From Bacilli bacterium (GTDB taxonomy: Bacteria; Bacillota_I; Bacilli_A; RFN20; CAG-826): a stretch of 64,000 nucleotides of DNA. The stretch spans positions 85,773 through 149,772 of the forward strand of contig JAZQOV010000003.1 of NCBI GenBank assembly GCA_045628045.1, written 5' to 3'. The translations under genes and the position numbers were made by a program. The notes under the pieces are model-generated. The model was not told where the DNA came from and did not search any database. It saw nothing but the letters and a program-made list of their open reading frames with translations. Position 1 is the first letter of the stretch. Every line of letters begins with the position of its first letter. This document shows, piece by piece, positions 59,645 to 64,000 of this stretch.

Positions 59645-60898
59645 ATGAATCAACTTCTTTGCATTGCAATTGCTCTTTTTGTTGGCTTACTTAGTTCTCG
59701 ATTAATGAAAATTTTAAGATTGCCAAATGTAACTGGCTATTTAATTGCCGGTATTCTTTTTGGCCCTTATGTTTTAGGCAAATTTATTGGAGGTTGGTCA
59801 GTAGATCCAACATCTTCCACAAACATAAATACAATTAAATGGATTAGTGATATCGCTTTAGGTTTTATCGCTTTCACAATCGGATGTTCTTTCAAAAAAG
59901 AAGCATTACAACATGTTGGCAAAAGAATCGTAATCATCACATTATGCGAAGCATTAGGTGGAGCAATTGTTACGATTGTTGGCTTATTTATTGCTAAAAT
60001 TTTTCTTAAAGATCAACTTCCGCTTTCATTAATTTTAACCTTTGGTGCAATCGCTTGTGCGACCGCTCCAGCAGCAACGTTGATGGTTGTTAGACAATAT
60101 AAAGCAAAAGGTCCTGTCGTAGACACATTAATTCCAGTTGTTGCATTTGACGACGCCGTTGCCCTTATTGCGTTTGCCATTCTATTTTCTATTTCAAAAT
60201 CTCTGTCAGGAGCTGGAAAATTAACATTTGAAGATTTGGTTTTATTCCCACTTCTCGAAATTCTTTGTTCCATTGGGCTTGGAACAGTTCTAGGAATTCT
60301 AGTTTCTTTTGGTTGCAAACTTTTTAAATCAAGAGCAAATCGTTCAATTATGGTTATTTGTTCAATCTTTATTGTAGTCGGATTATCCGCATTAGCCACA
60401 AAATTAGAATGGAAAATTGAAATTTCGTCCCTTCTCGCTTGCATGATGATTGGGGCAATGGTTATTAATTTAAGAAGCGATGCTTCTAGACTTATTGAAA
60501 GAATTGATAATATTACTCCACCAATCTATATGCTCTTCTTTGTCATTTCTGGTGCAAGCCTAAATATCACGAAATTTGCAGAAAAAGGCGCAGGAATTCT
60601 AATAATTATCGCATCAGTTTATATCGTATTTAGATGTATCGGAAAATGGGGCGGCTCATACGTTTCTTCGAGAATTACCAATGCGGAACCAACCGTTCAA
60701 AAATATTTAGGATTCACTTTATTCCCACAAGCAGGCGTTGCAATTGGTCTTGCAACAACCGCAAATGCCGCATTCCCGATTTCAGAACAAGGTGAGACTA
60801 TCCTTGCAGTTATCTTATTTGCAACAATTGTCTACGAACTTCTTGGACCAGTAATAACAAAAATTTCCCTTAAGAAAGCGGGAGAAATTCAAGAATAA
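59645..60898 (+). CDS. Cation:proton antiporter (CPA2-like)
   Basis: LPNVTGYL, ATAPAAT, VAFDDA and PQAGVAIGLA motifs. Confidence 0.9.
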   Translation: MNQLLCIAIALFVGLLSSRLMKILRLPNVTGYLIAGILFGPYVLGKFIGGWSVDPTSSTNINTIKWISDIALGFIAFTIGCSFKKEALQHVGKRIVIITLCEALGGAIVTIVGLFIAKIFLKDQLPLSLILTFGAIACATAPAATLMVVRQYKAKGPVVDTLIPVVAFDDAVALIAFAILFSISKSLSGAGKLTFEDLVLFPLLEILCSIGLGTVLGILVSFGCKLFKSRANRSIMVICSIFIVVGLSALATKLEWKIEISSLLACMMIGAMVINLRSDASRLIERIDNITPPIYMLFFVISGASLNITKFAEKGAGILIIIASVYIVFRCIGKWGGSYVSSRITNAEPTVQKYLGFTLFPQAGVAIGLATTANAAFPISEQGETILAVILFATIVYELLGPVITKISLKKAGEIQE

Positions 60899-60918
60899 AA
60901 GAGGCGATGCCTCTTTTA

Positions 60919-61572
60919 TTATACATTCTTTTCTAAGTCTTTAACTGATTTAATTGATTTTGTTACCTTCTTAAACCAAGGCTTATCATAAAAGCCATAA
61001 CCGTATTCACAAATAAGACAATCTATTCCCGCGTTATGGGCAGTTTGATAATCATATTCTGAATCGCCAATATAAATACAATCACTAGATTCAACACAGC
61101 ACTTTTTCATGATATCAAACACAATTGTTGGATCAGGTTTTTCTGGTTTATTTGGTCTTTCTCCAAACACTGCTTTAAACTCAATTTCTGGAAATAATTT
61201 CTTAACAATTGGCTCAAGTAAAATCTGTGGTTTATTCGATGCAATCGTCAAAATATGCCCGTTTTCCTGGAGATTTTTTAAAACTTCAATCATCCCTTTA
61301 AATGGTTTTGCGCGCTCAGATTGAATCTTATCATAGTTAATAAGGAAGCGTTCCATAACCTCAGCTTCTTTCTCTGGAGGAATGTTCTGTCCCTCCATTG
61401 CACGTTGAGCAAATTCGAGTGCTCCAGCACCAATAAAATATTTAGCTTCCTCATATTTTCTTTCAACATTGTAACCAAGTTGTTTAAAAGTTAAGTTGAC
61501 TGCATCTAAAATACCTTGAAGTGAATCGATCAAGGTTCCATCCATATCAAAAATCAAACATTTATATCTCAT
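60919..61572 (-). CDS. HAD family hydrolase (phosphoglycolate phosphatase-like)
   Basis: FDMDGTL, SNK, KPDP and IGDSEYD motifs. Confidence 0.92.
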   Translation of the reverse strand: MRYKCLIFDMDGTLIDSLQGILDAVNLTFKQLGYNVERKYEEAKYFIGAGALEFAQRAMEGQNIPPEKEAEVMERFLINYDKIQSERAKPFKGMIEVLKNLQENGHILTIASNKPQILLEPIVKKLFPEIEFKAVFGERPNKPEKPDPTIVFDIMKKCCVESSDCIYIGDSEYDYQTAHNAGIDCLICEYGYGFYDKPWFKKVTKSIKSVKDLEKNV

Positions 61573-61577
61573 AATTC

Positions 61578-61654
61578 TGGCGCCCCAAGAAGGATTCGAA
61601 CCCTCAACACCCAGATTCGAAGTCTGGTACTCTATCCAGTTGCGCTATTGGGGC
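61578..61654 (-). tRNA. tRNA-Arg (TCG)
   Basis: Anticodon loop CTTCGAA; GCCA end. Confidence 0.95.
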
Positions 61655-61713
61655 GTAGCAATATTATAACCAAATAATTTTATTATGCTCAATAATATGT
61701 TAAAATCTATCGC

Positions 61714-62829
61714 ATGAAAGTAATTGTTATTGGAGCAGGTGCATCAGGTATTGCTGCGACAATTAACTATAAAAGAAATCATAAACAAGATGATGTTTTA
61801 GTTATTGAACACCTTGATAAACCATTAAAGAAAATCCTTGTTACCGGTAATGGTAAATGTAATTTAGGTAACTCTAATATCAATTATGATTTATATAAAA
61901 ATCCTAAATTTGCGGAGCAAATTATCGACAGCTACAATTATAAAGAATTTTTCGAATCTATTTCTATCAAAACAAAACTTGTCGATGCATTAGCTTACCC
62001 TGTAAGTGAATCAGCGGTTTCTGTTAGAGAAGCTTTGCTTAATGAGGTTTCTAGATTAAAAATCAAAATCAAATTATCGGAGAATTTTATTGACTACAAA
62101 ATCGGAAATAGCATTACAGTTAAGACTGATAAAGCGTCATATGAATGCGACAAATTATTCATTGCAGGAGGATTAAAATCATCTCCAAAGCAAGGAAGTG
62201 ACGGAACAGTTTTTGCTATTTTAGCAAAACACGGTTATAAATTTAGAGAACCAAATCCTGGATTAACTCCAATTTTCACAAAAGAAAAAACAAAAATTTT
62301 AGACGGAATAAGAGTAAAAGCAAACGTCACATTAATAAAGGATAATAAAATCATCCATTCCGAAAAAGGAGAGGTGCTTTTTAAGGAACATGGATTATCT
62401 GGAATTGTTATTTTTAACACCGCTTCTATAATCGCTAGAGACACAAAATCTAATTATAAAATTCGTTTAGACATTCTCCCTGACTTTGATGAAAAAACGC
62501 TTAATGAATTTGCGTTATCACATGGCGTCAACGAATTCCTTTTAGCGTACATAAATCCTAAACTAGGATCTTATTTAAAAGACAATTTTAAAATTAATAA
62601 CATAGTAAAAATCTGCAAAAACTTGGTGTTCACATATGATAAATCATATGGATTTGAATTTTCACAAGTTTCTGTAGGTGGAATTTTAGATTCAGAACTT
62701 GATGAAAACTTAATGTCAAAAAAAGAAAAGAACGTCTTTATTATTGGCGAACTTTTAGATAATGACGGCCCTTGTGGAGGCTACAATTTGACTTGGGCTT
62801 TTGCATCAGCTATTAAATCCACAAACTGA
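61714..62829 (+). CDS. HI0933/YhiN-family flavoprotein oxidoreductase
   Basis: GAGASG, TGNGKCN and GELLDNDGPCGGYNL motifs. Confidence 0.92.
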   Translation: MKVIVIGAGASGIAATINYKRNHKQDDVLVIEHLDKPLKKILVTGNGKCNLGNSNINYDLYKNPKFAEQIIDSYNYKEFFESISIKTKLVDALAYPVSESAVSVREALLNEVSRLKIKIKLSENFIDYKIGNSITVKTDKASYECDKLFIAGGLKSSPKQGSDGTVFAILAKHGYKFREPNPGLTPIFTKEKTKILDGIRVKANVTLIKDNKIIHSEKGEVLFKEHGLSGIVIFNTASIIARDTKSNYKIRLDILPDFDEKTLNEFALSHGVNEFLLAYINPKLGSYLKDNFKINNIVKICKNLVFTYDKSYGFEFSQVSVGGILDSELDENLMSKKEKNVFIIGELLDNDGPCGGYNLTWAFASAIKSTN

Positions 62830-62872
62830 ATTTGTTGATTTATTTATTTTATAAAGTATAATCTCACTCGTT

Positions 62873-63403
62873 ATGACTCCGAGATTTAAGTTAGCAACTT
62901 TTATTTATAGTTTAGTGTGCGACATCCCTGTCTCATTCTTTTTGTGCTTAGCTTCTGCTATAACTGCACAATCTAACTTAGACTCTGGAATTCTCACAAT
63001 TAATTTCAATACAATTGATTGGGCAAACTTCGCTATTAACTTTGTTATTGCGTTAGCTTTATCACTTGTTATTTCTAACTTTATTCCACTAACTTCCATA
63101 GGAAGATGGTTTGCGGCACTTTTCAAAATTCCAAACGAAACTTATACAGGTAATGTTAGATATCGTTTACTTGCAACATTAATTACCACCGTTATTTTCT
63201 TTATCATCATTTCACCAACACTAACATTATTTAATTGTGTTATTTATCCAATAATTGTCGGAACTGAGGTTTTAAGTTGGAAACAAGCCTTATTTAACTT
63301 TCTAGTTAATATGCCAATCCTTCTTATTGTTGGTTTTATCTCTTCATTAATCAATGACTTAGCAGCTTATAAGGCTGCTCACCACATTGATAATTCATTC
63401 TAA
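62873..63403 (+). CDS. Membrane protein, unknown function
   Basis: Four TM segments. Confidence 0.65.
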   Translation: MTPRFKLATFIYSLVCDIPVSFFLCLASAITAQSNLDSGILTINFNTIDWANFAINFVIALALSLVISNFIPLTSIGRWFAALFKIPNETYTGNVRYRLLATLITTVIFFIIISPTLTLFNCVIYPIIVGTEVLSWKQALFNFLVNMPILLIVGFISSLINDLAAYKAAHHIDNSF

Positions 63404-63459
63404 TTTTTATTTAATTTTAACAAAAATTGTATTAAAATATACGCATCGGAGGAAAAAGA

Positions 63460-63684
63460 ATGGCACAAGAGAAAAAAGACTATTTAGAATTTTCACCACT
63501 TGTAAGTTTAATTCTTGCAATTATTCCAATAACCTCATGGGCTCTCGGAATTGTTACAAGATTTCAAGAAAAGAAATATGTTGCCGCAATTGTTAGAATT
63601 TTTGTTGGCTTCAACATTATTTGGCTTCTTGACCTTGTGATGATGGTCTTACATGGTCACATCTTCAGAATTCTTGATCTTTAA
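63460..63684 (+). CDS. Small membrane protein
   Basis: GGAGG RBS; two hydrophobic segments; downstream terminator. Confidence 0.7.
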   Translation: MAQEKKDYLEFSPLVSLILAIIPITSWALGIVTRFQEKKYVAAIVRIFVGFNIIWLLDLVMMVLHGHIFRILDL

Positions 63685-63790
63685 TTTCTAAATTAAGAAT
63701 TAATATAAAAGTGCTATATAAGCACTTTTTTATTATAAAAAACGACCTAATAATAGGTCGTAAATGTGCAAATTTGCCTGCCATTCATGA

Positions 63791-64000
63791 TTGAACTACC
63801 CCCACTTAAACATTTAAAATGTTTTGAAGATGGGGGATTCCTACTCAAGAATCCTCAGTGATTCAGTATCGATAGGCTAACCCCGTAGTTCCTACGGTTT
63901 GGTGGACTACCACTATTGTTTTTGAAGTACTAATCTAATTCCTTCTTTTTTGATATTGATTGCAGCATTAATGTCTCTATCATGCACTTTACCACAGATA
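63791..64000 (-). mobile_element. IS200/IS605-family right end with omegaRNA scaffold
   Basis: After the tnpB stop: ACCGTAGGAACTACGGGGTTAGCCT, then subterminal hairpin CCCCCA...TGGGGG ending in TTCAA. Confidence 0.85.
63913..64000 (-). CDS. tnpB: TnpB C-terminus (partial)
   Basis: ICGKVHDRDINAAINIKKEG, the Zn-finger end plus RuvC-III motif. Confidence 0.9.
   Translation of the reverse strand, partial: ICGKVHDRDINAAINIKKEGIRLVLQKQ

Noticed and set aside
1278-63596. Numerous short antisense or nested ORFs in the ORF track (e.g. 1278-1598, 4809-5303, 7476-7835, 20726-21235, 42639-42848, 60013-60444)
   Set aside because: They are shadows of well-supported genes or span repeat modules, with no RBS or recognisable motifs.

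Overview
AT-rich bacterial chromosome segment with mostly minus-strand genes; gene content and tRNAs suggest a reduced-genome gut/rumen Bacilli lineage (RFN20/RF39/Erysipelotrichales-like; inferred). Housekeeping blocks include potABCD, pepT, an MtaD-like deaminase, ABC exporters, a chromate transporter pair, antiporters and 10 tRNAs. They are interrupted by three accessory tracts lying directly downstream of tRNA-fMet (~7.4-14.6 kb, possibly extending further left), tRNA-Ser (19.2-22.8 kb) and tRNA-His (44.8-52.6 kb). These tracts carry Fic proteins, a PBECR4 RNase, a Tsp45I-like R-M system with an HhH-GPD glycosylase-like gene, a fluoride-riboswitch antiporter, and ORF6N, AraC, methyltransferase and ABC genes. 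No integrase or transposase is present in them, yet the cargo genes are bracketed by recurring non-coding modules (terminator + TGTCTT + 1-3 phased 15-16 bp direct repeats, or palindromic direct repeats containing the stop codon), and some module types recur between tracts. This suggests a tRNA-anchored cassette system. Other candidates for novelty are a PBECR4 nuclease preceded by a ~100-nt leader of degenerate pseudoknot-like repeats (type III toxin-antitoxin-like), a PrsW protease operon with two proteins sharing a C-terminal sorting-like signal, two atypical CAU tRNAs and pervasive leaderless genes. An intact IS3-family element and the right end of an IS200/IS605 TnpB element are also present. 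All family calls come from motif recognition without database searches.
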